From NCBI RefSeq assembly GCF_006345805.1, contig NC_043009.1, forward strand, positions 4,154,001 to 4,218,000: DNA of 64,000 nucleotides, written 5' to 3'. Below are positions 1 to 12,170 of this stretch, piece after piece. A program made the translations under genes and the position numbers. The notes beneath the pieces were generated by a model. It ran no database searches, had not been told where the DNA came from, and saw nothing but the letters and a program-made list of their open reading frames with translations. The DNA is from Octopus sinensis. Its lineage: Eukaryota. Positions within the stretch are counted from its first letter, which is position 1. Every line of letters starts with the position of its first letter.

Positions 1-184
1 ATGATTCAACCAGCAATATTTATTGTTATGGCCTTTCTGTTTTAATTTTAGCCTAAATACTGTAATGAAAACCACGCATAATAATTCATATCAGCGACAG
101 ATATTTTCAAATGGTTTGATGTCTGATGAACGCTTGCCATAACTTGAACGGAAAACTTGAAGTTATAATCTATTATCCCTAACA

Positions 185-186
185 GG

Positions 187-234
<48 letters not shown>

Positions 235-420
235 TCTTCTTCTTCTTCTTCTTCTTCTTCTTCTTCTTCTTCTTCTTCTTCTTCTTCTTCTTCTTCTTCT
301 TCTTCTCTTCTTCTTCTTCTTCTTCTTCTTCTTCTCTTCTTCTTCTTCTTCTTCTTCTTTTATTATTATTATTATTATTATATTTGTTATTGTTTCTATT
401 ATTATTGTTATGTTTGTTAT
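185..420. repeat. Compound trinucleotide microsatellite (GTT)n-(TCT)n-(TAT)n
   Basis: Directly visible; explains the poly-L/S/F/E/K/R/Q ORFs at 163-474. Confidence 0.97.
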
Positions 421-726
421 CATTATATAAGCACGAAGAAGACCCCGCCCACACACACACACACAGACAGATAGATAGATAGATAGATAGATACCACGTT
501 ATGGTTGTATGTCTTTATATGTGTTATTCTTTCTCCGTGTCTCGTATATATATGTGTATAATCGTACATATATTAGAGTACATAATACATACATACTACA
601 TACATACATACATACATACATACATACATACATAACGTCTTCCTCTCATTTATAATTGACATCTTTACTGCGTGATTAGGCGGAAACATTATATTACTTT
701 TCTTTGAAAATATCTGAGAAGAAATC

Positions 727-1190
727 ATGCGTGAAAACTCTGTAACATCCTTATCATCTGATCGTCCTTTTAATCATCATTATATCGTCATTTTTTTCAT
801 TATCATTACCATCATTATACTTAAGGCCATCATCAGCATCGCCATCATCATGGCCGTCCCCGACATCATAATCGTTGTAATCATTATCATCATCATCATC
901 ATCATATTCATTGTCGCGGTCACCGTCGGCTTCATAATTATCTTCATGCTCGTCGTCTTCGTCTTCATATTCACACCATCACCATTATCATCATCAGCAT
1001 CATTATCGTCGTCGGCGTCACGTTCCCCCATGAAACCCATCACCTTCGTCGCTATTATCAGCATTATAATTAGCAATCATAAGCATCATTTTCATGATTA
1101 AGAACATATATATCAACTTCATCATTAAGAATATATCACCACCATCATAATTAAAATCATCATTATAGACGTCATCGTCGCCGTCGTGAC
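727..1190. repeat. Degenerate (ATC/GTC)n simple repeat
   Basis: Decayed ATC-rich tract giving poly-Ile and poly-Met pseudo-ORFs; similar tracts at 6250-6610, 22790-23110 and 63090-63340. Confidence 0.85.
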
Positions 1191-1395
1191 TTCAACAGAG
1201 GTGGCGCTGTGATCGGCGTTGACATCATCATTACCCTACATCCCGATTGACCAAGCTCCTATAATCACACAGTCATTTGCATTTTTATCAGTCGAGCACT
1301 AATCACATCGATCAGTACTAATTAGGGGGACAATTCATTACCATCTGCTGAGTTAGTAGTTATTACTAATTATTACTAATTAGAAAAGAGCTGTA

Positions 1396-1442
<47 letters not shown>

Positions 1443-1445
1443 ACA

Positions 1446-1590
1446 GGTGGTGGATTAGTAGAATTTTTAGGGCATTGGAAAACATGCTTTGTTGTATTTA
1501 TTCCAGCTCTTTACATTCTCGGTTCAAATCCCGCCTAGGTCAGGTTTACCTTTCATGACTCCGAGCTTGACAAAATTAAGTACCAAGTAC
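1446..1590 (+). mobile_element. tRNA-derived SINE, family A, degenerate fragment
   Basis: B-box-like GGTTCAAATCCC, then cctttcat...aagtacc body shared with other copies in the window. Confidence 0.65.
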
Positions 1591-2116
1591 CCAATCAAGT
1601 CCTGAGAAACTATTATTGCAACTATTGCTGCAGTTGTTATCATTGCTGTCGTTCATATCACTACTATTACTACTATAACGATTAATAGTTATTTCACTTT
1701 CGCCCTGTTGAATTCAAACATTCAAGGGAAAAAGAACATTTTCGCGTTGCAAATAGGTTGCAAGACGCTTACGTAACTTATCATTTTCATATTATTATTG
1801 CAGCATCACTCACTTCCTATATGTGCGCACGCATACACAAATACATGTACGTATATATGCAGTTTGCTTCGAATATAGGAACCGTGAAACGTGTTCGCCA
1901 TTTTTAACAGAAACGTTTAATAAATGTACACTTGTTTTGTTCTTAAGGTTGTATTTTTGTTACTAAGTTCCTCTTTAATTGTGAATTCCTCCTACTTATG
2001 AAATGTTTCTGAACCAATCAAGTACTTTTCTGAACCGCATTCTGTATAACATTTATTTGAATTCATGTTAACTTATCTGAGTTATTTCCCCATTGTTATT
2101 GTACGTATTATTGTTC

Positions 2117-2148
<32 letters not shown>

Positions 2149-2150
<2 letters not shown>

Positions 2151-2320
2151 GAGCAGAAATGACTGTGTCGTAAGAAGCTTGCTTCCCAACCACATGGTTC
2201 CGAGTTCAGTCCCAATATGTGGCATCTCAATATGTGGCTATAGTGTCTTCTACTATAGCTTTGGGCTGACCAGATCTTTGTGAATGGATTTGGTAGACGG
2301 AAATTGAAAGAAGCCCGTCG
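2149..2320 (+). mobile_element. tRNA-derived SINE, family B, 5' part
   Basis: gcttgcttcccaaccacatggttccgagttcagtccc head and gtagacggaaattgaaagaagcccgtcg body, recurring many times in the window. Confidence 0.85.
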
Positions 2321-2911
2321 TATATATGTATATATATATGTATGTGTGTATATGTGTATATGTGTTGTACGTTTGTATGAATGTATGTATGTATGCGTAT
2401 ATGAGCAGAAATAAATTCAAATATTTCAGAACTGCAGTGAGATTGAAGAAAGAATGTAAACACGTTCTTTCTATTGTTATTCTGTGCCAAAAAAATAGCA
2501 AAAAAAAAATAAATAAATAAACGAAGCGCTCGTAGTTTTCTCACGATCAAATTCACGGTTTGCTGACCGTTCCTCAGAGAAGACATATTTTACTTTGTTT
2601 CCGAATCAATTGCGCTCAGCTGCTATGCATACTCCCCCACCCCTCCACACACACACAAACACATATTTGAAAGTTGATCAAAAATTTACGGTGGGAGTGT
2701 GTGTATATGTATGTTTTTATATATAGGTAAACTGAACATGAATTTGAGGGGTTTGTATGTGTGTATATATAATGTACATTTGTGTGTATATAAACATGTG
2801 TCTGTATACGTATGTGTGTGTATATATGTATGTGTATTCATGTATATGTATGGATATGTATGAATTATATATATATAATATATATATATACATATATATA
2901 TATACATATAC

Positions 2912-2942
<31 letters not shown>

Positions 2943-3152
2943 CATATACATATATATACATATACATATATATATATATATATATAATAGTTATCGCCAT
3001 ACTAATATGGCATTCTTATAAAAATAAGAAAAAAGCTGTCCGCTTATTAGCTCCATGAGGCCATCGCCTTAAGTTAGCTATTTGATACACAAACTGTATC
3101 CATATAACCTTCGAACAAGGGAGGTCAGTAGCTCCACACTACTTGACCGGCA

Positions 3153-3194
3153 GCTACAGACGCGTTTCGGGGTATTGCCCCTTTTCAATGCAGC
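3153..3194 (-). ncRNA. Minimal type I hammerhead ribozyme, copy 1 (U3-A8 core variant)
   Basis: Minus strand reads GCUGCA-UUGAAAA-GGGG caaua CCCC-GAAA-CGCG-UC^UGUAGC: 6-bp stem I, 4-bp stem II, palindromic ACGCGU stem III, GUC triplet. Predicted cut between 3159 and 3158. Confidence 0.75.
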
Positions 3195-3511
3195 GTAGCC
3201 AGCCAGTAGGTGTCGCTTCCGACAATCTCTGTTCGATGGTTTTATTTACCTAGTTTCGGTGGAATACAACCACTTGTTTTCAATAATAGAAATATTAAAA
3301 TAACTAAGTCTCTCTAAAAGAGAACAGCGGCAGCGTTCCCGGAAAATAAGTTATCGCCATACTAATATGGCATTCTTATAAAAATAAGAAAAAGCTGTCC
3401 GCTTATTAGCTCCATGAGGCCATCGCCTTAAGTTAGCTATTTGATACACAAACTGTATCCATATAACCTTCGAACAAGGGAGGTCAGTAGCTCCACACTA
3501 CTTGACCGGCA

Positions 3512-3553
3512 GCTACAGACGCGTTTCGGGGTATTGCCCCTTTTCAATGCAGC
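3512..3553 (-). ncRNA. Minimal type I hammerhead ribozyme, copy 2
   Basis: Identical to copy 1; predicted cut between 3518 and 3517. Confidence 0.75.
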
Positions 3554-3641
3554 GTAGCCAGCCAGTAGGTGTCGCTTCCGACAATCTCTGTTCGATGGTT
3601 TTATTTACCTAGTTTCGGTGGAATACAACCACTTGTTTTCA

Positions 3642-4160
3642 ATAATAGAAATATTAAAATAACTAAGTCTCTCTAAAAGAGAACAGCGGCAGCGTTCCCG
3701 GAAAATAAGTTATCGCCATACTAATATGGCATTCTTATAAAAATAAGAAAAAAGCTGTCCGCTTATTAGCTCCATGAGGCCATCGCTTAAGTTAGCTATT
3801 TGATACACAAACTGTATCCATATAACCTTCGAACAAGGGAGGTCAGTAGCTCCACACTACTTGACCGGCAGCTACAGACCTGTTTCGGGGTATTGCCCCT
3901 TTTCAATACCCCGAAACGCGTCTGTAGCTGCCGGTCAAGTAGTGTGGAGCTACTGACCTCCCTTGTTCGAAGGTTATATGGATACAGTTTGTGTATCAAA
4001 TAGCTAACTTAAGGCGATGGCCTCATGGAGCTAATAAGCGGACAGCTTTTTTCTTATTTTTATAAGAATGCCATATTAGTATGGCGATAACTATTATTTT
4101 CCGGGAACGCTGCCGCTGTTCTCTTTTAGAGAGACTTAGTTATTTTAATATTTCTATTAT
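3642..4160. repeat. Long palindrome: arms 3642-3895 and 3904-4160, 8-nt spacer CCCCTTTT
   Basis: Right arm is the reverse complement of the end of unit 2 plus the start of unit 3; explains the mirror ORFs 3796-3999(-) and 3800-4003(+). Confidence 0.95.
3871..3907 (-). ncRNA. Truncated hammerhead, copy 3
   Basis: Core and stem II present, stem III reads ACAGGU, and the 5' strand of stem I is lost at the inversion junction (3907). Confidence 0.55.
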
Positions 4161-4987
4161 ATATATATATATATATATATATACGACTGTTGATCATGAA
4201 TTTGAGGGGATTGTGTGTGGGTGTGAATATTTTTTTTTTTTTACATAAGTAACCAATGAATAATGGAATTCTTGACTCTGCTCACCTCACAGAGTTCGTA
4301 GGAAGGGATGTCCCTCTACCTATGTTGAACATCAATATCAGAAATAAAATGAATTTCGATATAACACCTGTTATTATCAACATTTCACACCTAATTACTT
4401 TTTCAATTGTTTTTTTTCTTTCTTTTTCTTTTTTTTTGATTCGGTTACTGGTGGTGTTGAAGAGGTTGGTGTTTCTATGTGTGTGTGTATGTGTGTGTGT
4501 GTGCGTGTGCGTGTGTGTGTGTGTGTGAGTGTGTGTGGCGGCGGTAGTCACATTTATGTATTATTTTTGATGTTGTCAATCTGATTTTGATGCTGTTCAT
4601 GCGCTTCTAAATTTTGTGGCTTCCAGGATCAGATGTACTTTTAACAAACTCTATTGTCAATCTGGCATCGATTTCTCTTCCATATTTCTGCAAAAATATA
4701 TAAAATAAGTAAATAAACAAACAAAAGTAACTGTTTTTTTTTTAAAAAAAAACTCAGTAATAATAATTATAGAAATTATCAACCTCATCGTTTTCATAGT
4801 CGCTTTCACATTTGCAGCTGTTCGTCCCGGTTTATATTAATGCTGCTACTTTTAACAATTGTATTAGTAGTAGTAGTAGCAGCAGCAGCATAGGACAGGG
4901 TGCTGGGAAGTTAATTTCAATAGCATTCTTGATTGGCGACTCATTTATAAATCTATAATTGATATTTTCCCCGAGATTATATATATA

Positions 4988-5390
4988 CGCGCAAGTGTGG
5001 CTGTGTGGCGAGAAGCTTGCAACCCAACCTCGTGGTTCCTGATTCAGTGATAATGCGGGGAACCTTGAGCAGGTGTCTTCTGCTATAACCTTGGCCCGAC
5101 CAAGCAATTCTGAGAGGATTTAGTAGATGGAAACTGAAAGAATCCCACATGTGTGTGTATCTGTGTGTGCGTGTGTGTGTATGTGTATGTGTGTGTTTGC
5201 GTCGCTTTGTCCCCACCGCCACCACTTGACAACCGGTATTAACGCGTTTATGTCCCGGTGACATAGCGATTCAGCAAAAGAGACTGATAGAGTAAGTACT
5301 AGGCCTTAAAGTCGTGGGTCGACCTTTTCGACTAAAACCGTTCAAGTAGGTGCTCCAGCATGGCCGCTGTCAAATAACTAAAACAAATAA
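4988..5390 (+). mobile_element. SINE family B, near full length
   Basis: tRNA-like head, internal (TG)n, tail gctccagcatggccgctgtcaaataactaaaacaa. Confidence 0.85.
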
Positions 5391-5431
5391 CCGAGAAAAC
5401 TAAACGATAATATGTATAAAACGTAAACGTC

Positions 5432-5711
5432 GCCCTTTTCAAGCCTATGGGTCCGGTTTCATGGTTTCTGTGACGTATGTGTCTCCCCCCCAGCTTGACG
5501 GGACGCCAGTCCATCGTAGCGTTACTCAAGAAACAGGAAGAGAGAGTGAGAGAAAGTTGTGGCGAAAGAATACAACAGGGGTTGCCACCACCCACTGCCG
5601 GAGCTTCGTGGAGCTTTTAGGTGTTTTCGCTCAATAAACACACAACGCCCGGTCTAGGAATCGAAACCTTGATCCTCCGACCTTAAGTCCGCTGCCCAAA
5701 CAACTGGGCCA
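5432..5711 (-). mobile_element. tRNA-derived SINE, family C
   Basis: Minus-strand head tggcccagttgtttgggcagcgg...ggtttcgattcc (A/B boxes) followed by attgagcgaaaacacctaaaagctccacg. Confidence 0.7.
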
Positions 5712-6661
5712 TGTATGTATGTATATCTGGGAGCGACAGAGAGAGAGAAAGAGAGTCTATGCATACATTACCAGCGTTATAAGTTGTGTTGAACAATTTT
5801 GATTTTATATAACAGAGACACGTGTGAATGTGTATAAGTGTATAGATATATATATATATATGACTGTAATTTTTATTTAACAGATTTTATTCGTTATTAA
5901 ACGGCTAAAAATGGCTTCCATCGTGGATACTTTTGCTCCCACTCCCGTTCTGACTTTCATTGTTTCGTATGAACCCACATACGAGTTGGTGTAATTTAAT
6001 GTACGAATTTTGTGTTGGTTACCTTTTTGTTTTCATCTGTATATCTGAAAATGTATGCATATCTGCGTGGGAACTGAAAATATATAGAAACGGATATAGC
6101 AATATTTGCATCTAGATGTCACTACTTTGGCATATATACACATATATATAACACACATGTGTGTATTTTCTGCTGTTGTGTGCATTTGGTGTTATAATAA
6201 CATTTGCAAAATCAATTATAAATATTGTTCTAACTATTAATAATAATAATAATCTTCCTACTTATAATCATCAACCATTATCATCATGATCGTCATCACT
6301 ATTATATCACTTTGACTACCAGCGACTTCGTCATCAGTAAGATTACCACTAGCACTACAAATAACAGCATCAGCATCATCATCGTCACCATCATCGCCAT
6401 CGTCCTTGGAGTAATTGTCCTAATTATCATCATCACCATCATCGTCATCATCATCATCGTCATCATCATCGTCGTCGTCGCGATGACAGCGAAATTAATG
6501 ACAAGCACCAAATGGAAGAACATCTGTAGCTAGTGGCAACTTTAAGAATGACATCAACCTATAGCAGCAACAACAACTAAAACAACACTGACAACAACAA
6601 GATGAACAGCAACAACAAATTACTTCCTTCCTAAATAAAGGTCATCAGATACCCCACTTCA

Positions 6662-6746
<85 letters not shown>

Positions 6747-6827
6747 GTATGTATATATATAAAATTAACATTGAACTCTGCAATTTCTCTCCTCAACATC
6801 CGACATTAAGCTGCTGACTTTGCAATA

Positions 6828-6873
<46 letters not shown>

Positions 6874-7770
6874 ATATATATATATTCATGCATAGTTACA
6901 TATGCATAAATAAATACACAAGTATATACGAACACACAATCTCTAACATACATACATACTTACATTCTTACATATTTGTACAGATATGAGTATATATACA
7001 CATATATACGCAGAAATAGTGTGAAGGAGAATATGGACAGCTACTTCGAAACCTCGACTTCTCTGATTGTTTATAAATTCAAATTTATGACAATAATTAT
7101 TGATGCAGTTGGCAACGTTTATAAATGTTTAGGCAGCAATCCTAAAAAACAAGGGATTTTCAAGCCCTGTAGGCCAAATAGTACGTTATCGACAATGACA
7201 TAATGTAAGCGGAACAGCAAAAATATGCAAGATTTTGTTAATATTCATCATGTAAGACTTGGCTTTATGGATGCAATTTGGATGACATTAACGATATGTT
7301 TCTGTTAGAAGCCTGTTCCATTGTAGGAAGAATTCAAATAATTAAACACAACAAAGATACATACATACATACACACGGTGCACATTTACTCATAGACAAT
7401 ACTCGTGTACATACATACATACATATATGCATACATACGTATAGTCTGTACTGGTTTCAGCGACTATGCATAGGCTCTGCTAGAAAAGCGGGTCCAAGTA
7501 CCACTTGCAAATATATTGTCTGTTCTCATTTGTTGAAATGCTACTTGACAAAACATAAAGAATAGCCAAATTTCTAATATAAGATCCACAAATGTCTTCA
7601 AAAGGAATTTTCAGTTTTCTTTTAAAACCAAAACATTAATGGTCACGAAGGAAAGGGTTTTAACCCTAAAGTTGCTTGACCAGAGTAAACCAGGGGTTGA
7701 GTAGATGTGTATGAACGCACAATCAACATTTGTAAAATTTCAGCCTGACTTGAAACTTTTAACTTAACAT

Positions 7771-8052
7771 GGCTCAGCTATTTTCATGGCGATTTTCTGA
7801 AGTTCCACCGGGCTTTGTGAGTGTCTATTGAGCGAAAACACCTAAAGCCCCACGAGGCTGTTTCTGTTGTACCTGTATTTTAAAGAGCCAGCCTTGTCAC
7901 AAACTATATCACACTGAATCTCCCCCGAGAACTACGTTAAGGGTACACGTGTCTATGGAGTACTCAGCCACTTGCACGTTAATTTCACGAGCAGGCTGTT
8001 CCGTTGAATCGGATCTACTGGGGCCCTCGTCGTCGTCACCGACGGAGTGCCA
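7771..8052 (+). mobile_element. SINE related to family C, different 3' half
   Basis: Shares attgagcgaaaacacctaaag with 5608-5640(-), then diverges; ends gacggagtgcca. Confidence 0.6.
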
Positions 8053-8529
8053 TGATATATATATATGCATAAATATATATTTTCTTCGTGGTTTTTCAAT
8101 TAATGTTGATTATTAATTTCCTCTTTATATACTGATTCTTTAAAAACATACACCAGGAAAAAGAACAAATATAAGCATAAATATCTAAAGGTGAAATATA
8201 AACACCTTGCCCTACATTATGTGAAGAGACATATACAGGCCTAATTAGTAGCTGTACTACAGAGAAAAGGTTTCTAATTATAAATAATAATGTTTCAAAT
8301 TTTGGCACAAAGCCAGCATATTTGGGGACACGGGGATTAGTCACTTACATCACCCTCAGTGTTCAACTGGTACTCATTTTCTCGGCCCTGAAAGGATGAA
8401 ATGCAAAGTCGACCTACGCTGCACTATGAAGTTAGATATTGTGCAGGCTGCAAGCTAAGTTGCTGCTTTGTGTTCTGCTGACTTATCTTGGCCATTAGGT
8501 GGACTATGACGGTTTTGTCGAAATAAATA

Positions 8530-9050
8530 CGAACGTATACACAATGTATATATGTATGCATGTATATGTATGTATATGTATGTATGTATATATGTATGTA
8601 TGTATAAATATATATACATATATATATGCATCTATATATATATGTATATATATGTATGTATATTTATATGTATGCATGTATATTTATATGTATGTATATT
8701 CATATATATGTATATATATATATGTGTGTGTATATATATATGCGAATATATATATGTGTATATATGTATGTATATATATATATGTATGTTTATATATGTA
8801 TATATATATATATATGTGTGTGTATATATATATGTATATATGTGTGTGTATATATATATGTATATATGTATGTACATATGTGTGTATATATATATGTATA
8901 TATATGTATATATATATGTATGTATATACATATATGTATGTGTATATATGTACGTATATATATGCATTTATATTTATATATAATGGTCTACTACTCATGT
9001 ATACTTACCTTATATATATACACATGCATACATACATACATACAAAGATA
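8530..9050. repeat. Long degenerate (TA)/(TG)/(TATG) microsatellite
   Basis: Directly visible; source of the Y/I/C/M/V-rich pseudo-ORFs at 8499-9272. Confidence 0.95.
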
Positions 9051-9900
9051 CCTAAATGCACATTTTCGTGTAAATGGAGGAAGAGACGTGGAGAGAGAGA
9101 GAGAGAGAGAAGGGAGGTAATTAGTACAGTTCTTTATATTCCCCAGTTTTATATTAAATTTACAATAACCCCCCCTCCCTTACCTCATCCGCACTCACTC
9201 ACGCTCCTCCCCCTTCTCCCCCCACTATCTTCAAGTTTTGCTTTAGGATTTTTTTTTCTATACATCCTATGACCAAACGCCTTTCTTTTTTTCCTTAATA
9301 CTTATATTTTCAGCATCAGCTTTATATAAAAGTTCAGCTCATTAAGGAGAAGTTAACTTTGGAACAAAGGCAGGAATTTTTTTATTAATTTTTTTTTTCT
9401 TCTCAGGCACTAATTATGGGGTAATTAGCAGTGAATGCTTTCTTTCTCCCTTTTTCTTTCTGCCCTTCTTTATACCATCACGCCATAGTCATCCCCGCTC
9501 TATACTTACTGTATTATACTATAGCAAACACCATTTCCAAAACAGTCAGCAACACCAGACCAAATCGCACCATATCACATCGCACCACACCGACCCCCTT
9601 CGCCCTAAAATGCCCCGGAATGCTTGATACTCTATGAAGAACAGCATGATTGTGATAATGGGGGCGGTGGTAATGATGAAAGCGCGGAGGAGGAGAGAGA
9701 GGAGGAGGATTATAGGGAAGACGATGATGGTAATGATGATTATGATCATACTGATGATAACGCTGGTTTAATTTCTAGTTTCGTCTTTCAAGTAAATTAG
9801 ATCCTGCTCAACAATATAACTTTACATACAAACGCGCGCGCGCCTACACACACATACGCACACACATAAACACACACACAAACACACAGACATTTATATA

Positions 9901-10062
9901 GAGGCGTGTTTGTGTGGGAACATATTTGCTTCCCAACAACACGGCTCCGGTTTCAGTCCCACTGTCTGGCACCTTGGATAATTGTCTCCTGTTATAGCCT
10001 GGGATGGACCACAGCCATATGAGAGAATTTGGTAAATGGAAACAGAAAGAAGCCCCGCGTGT
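9901..10062 (+). mobile_element. SINE family B, 5' part
   Basis: gcttcccaacaacacggctccggtttcagtccc...ggaaacagaaagaagcccc. Confidence 0.8.
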
Positions 10063-10064
10063 GT

Positions 10065-10107
<43 letters not shown>

Positions 10108-11119
10108 ATTTGTGTGTGTGTGTGTGTGTATTTGTGTGTGTGTGTGTGTATCAGCTCTTATCACAAATTGCGATGGTCAAACACATTTCAGTCGTGATTA
10201 ACTTATTTAGTGTGTCTTTCTTTTTTCATGAGGTTAGGGATATTTGATTGCTATTTTTATGAAAACACTGGCTCTCAAGTGGTGTGAACGCGGTATTTGG
10301 TGAAGCACACACACCACACACACACATATATATATATATATATTTATTTATACCACTGGTGTAGCTAATTTTGGTCGTCTATTTTCCAAATTATACATCC
10401 ACCCCACACACAAAATAAATCGATTTTATTGAAACAAGAGAGTGGAAGTGAGATAGAGAGAGCTACACAGAGAAAGAGAGAGAGAGTCACTACGTGGTTT
10501 TCTCTCCGCTAAAAACACCTGCTATATTCTCTCAAATCCCATTGTATTGTCTTCAAATTGGTTGATTCGTACTTTGGAAAACGTTGCATAGGTCATTGCT
10601 GGAACGTCTTTGATCATAGATTGACTCGATCAAAACTGGTCAGGGCCTAGGCAACAAATCGATTTTGTCCTTCAACACCACCTTGGTCAATTTTCAGCTT
10701 TTATCCTTCCCCACTCCCTTCCTTAGATCGATAAAATAATTTCCAGTTGAGTGCTTGGTTCGATTCAATCGACAATACACATCTACTAATATTTGCTGGC
10801 TCATATATATATTTTTTTTACCGATATGAAAAATCAATATTCATATCATTATTTTGTCTAGACATTCGGACATTTTATTTTTGTTTTTTTATTGCTTGTA
10901 AAGCAAATGAGTATCGTAGTTCTTCTTGTCTAACAAGTGACTTAATATAAGACCGTGTGCTAAAACTGAAGAAATTACTTTGTGGAAGAACCATTTTAGC
11001 ATTCTAAAATCACTCCGCCAAACTGTTGAATTCACTATTAAATAGTTCTTGAGGTCTCTAAATTACTATATTCTCTCGTATACAATTCGACGTATTATTC
11101 AGTATAAATATTCTTTTCT

Positions 11120-11323
11120 ACTCTAGGCACAAATCCTGGAATTTGGGGGGAGGGGGCCAGTCGATTAGATCGACTCCAGTACGCAACTGGTGCTTAATTT
11201 ATCGACTCCGACAGGATGAAAGGCAAAGTCGACCTCGGCGGAATTTGAACTCAGAACGTAACGGCAGACGAAATACGGCTACGCATTTCGCCCGGTTTGC
11301 TAACGTTCTGCCAGCTCGCCGCC
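11120..11323 (-). mobile_element. SINE family A
   Basis: Reverse complement of ggcgagctggcagaa...ttctgagttcaaattccgccgaggtcgactttgcctttcatcc. Confidence 0.9.
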
Positions 11324-11759
11324 TTATTCAGTATATTTTAACATTGTAAATAGCTTTCAAAATCCTGCTCATTTAACATGAAGTTCTGGGTACTTTAAAT
11401 TCACCTTGGTTTATAAATCGACCGACCAAATTTTGACTAATTTTTAGCCTGAAAAAGATCGTCTTCTGCGGCGGTAGTAGATCTATGTTAGTGAGCAGAT
11501 CCCAGAGGTTTGAGAAAAATTTTGACCACCTTATGACGTAAATGAAAAATGAATTTGTTTTTTATATAGATAAGATAGCTTTTCCACAGTGCTTCGTAAC
11601 TCAGAAAAATCGATATAAAATGAACCGAATCGTATACTATCTTATTTTCATATTTATCGATTTCTAATGTAAAGCTACGGTGGCAAATTAATTAAGGCTG
11701 TAAAATAATAATTAGAAATTTTTATACGCAATAGAGATTAAACTGATGAAAAAAAAAAC

Positions 11760-11794
<35 letters not shown>

Positions 11795-11939
11795 AAATAT
11801 TTATCGAAACCGATGTTGTGTACGCACTTTCCTGAGATTATCACCTTCTATGTCAGAGAGTAGGCTCATTGCAATCGGTAGCTAATGGGTAAGCAAGTCG
11901 TGAGATCTTATTTTATCATTGGTATTGTGTTGGGTGAAT

Positions 11940-12170
11940 GTGGTGAGCTGGCAGAAGCGTTAGCACGCCGGGCAAAATGCTTATCGGTATTTCGTCTGCG
12001 TTCTGAGTTCAAATTCCGCCGAGGTCGACTTTGCCTTTCATCCTTTCGGTGTCGATTAAATAAGTACCAGTTACGCACTGGGGTAGATATAATCAACTTA
12101 ATCCATTTGTCTGTCCTTGTTTGTCCTCTCTATGTTTAGCCCCTTGTGGGTAGTAAAGAAATAGGTATTG
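11940..12170 (+). mobile_element. SINE family A with ttagccccttgtgggtagtaaagaaatagg tail
   Basis: Head gagctggcagaagcgttagcacgccggg, B box gagttcaaattcc. Confidence 0.9.

Larger units (their letters stand above)
2989..3907 (-). mobile_element. Tandem ~359-360-bp repeat array with one hammerhead ribozyme per unit (non-LTR retrozyme / Penelope pseudo-LTR-like)
   Basis: agttatcgccat recurs at 2989, 3349 and 3708 (periods 360 and 359). Units are nearly identical, each has a hammerhead fold on the minus strand, and the whole element is bounded by (TA)n. Confidence 0.8.

Noticed and set aside
3796-4003. Two near-identical 67-aa ORFs on opposite strands
   Set aside because: A by-product of the palindrome; non-ATG starts and no recognisable protein.
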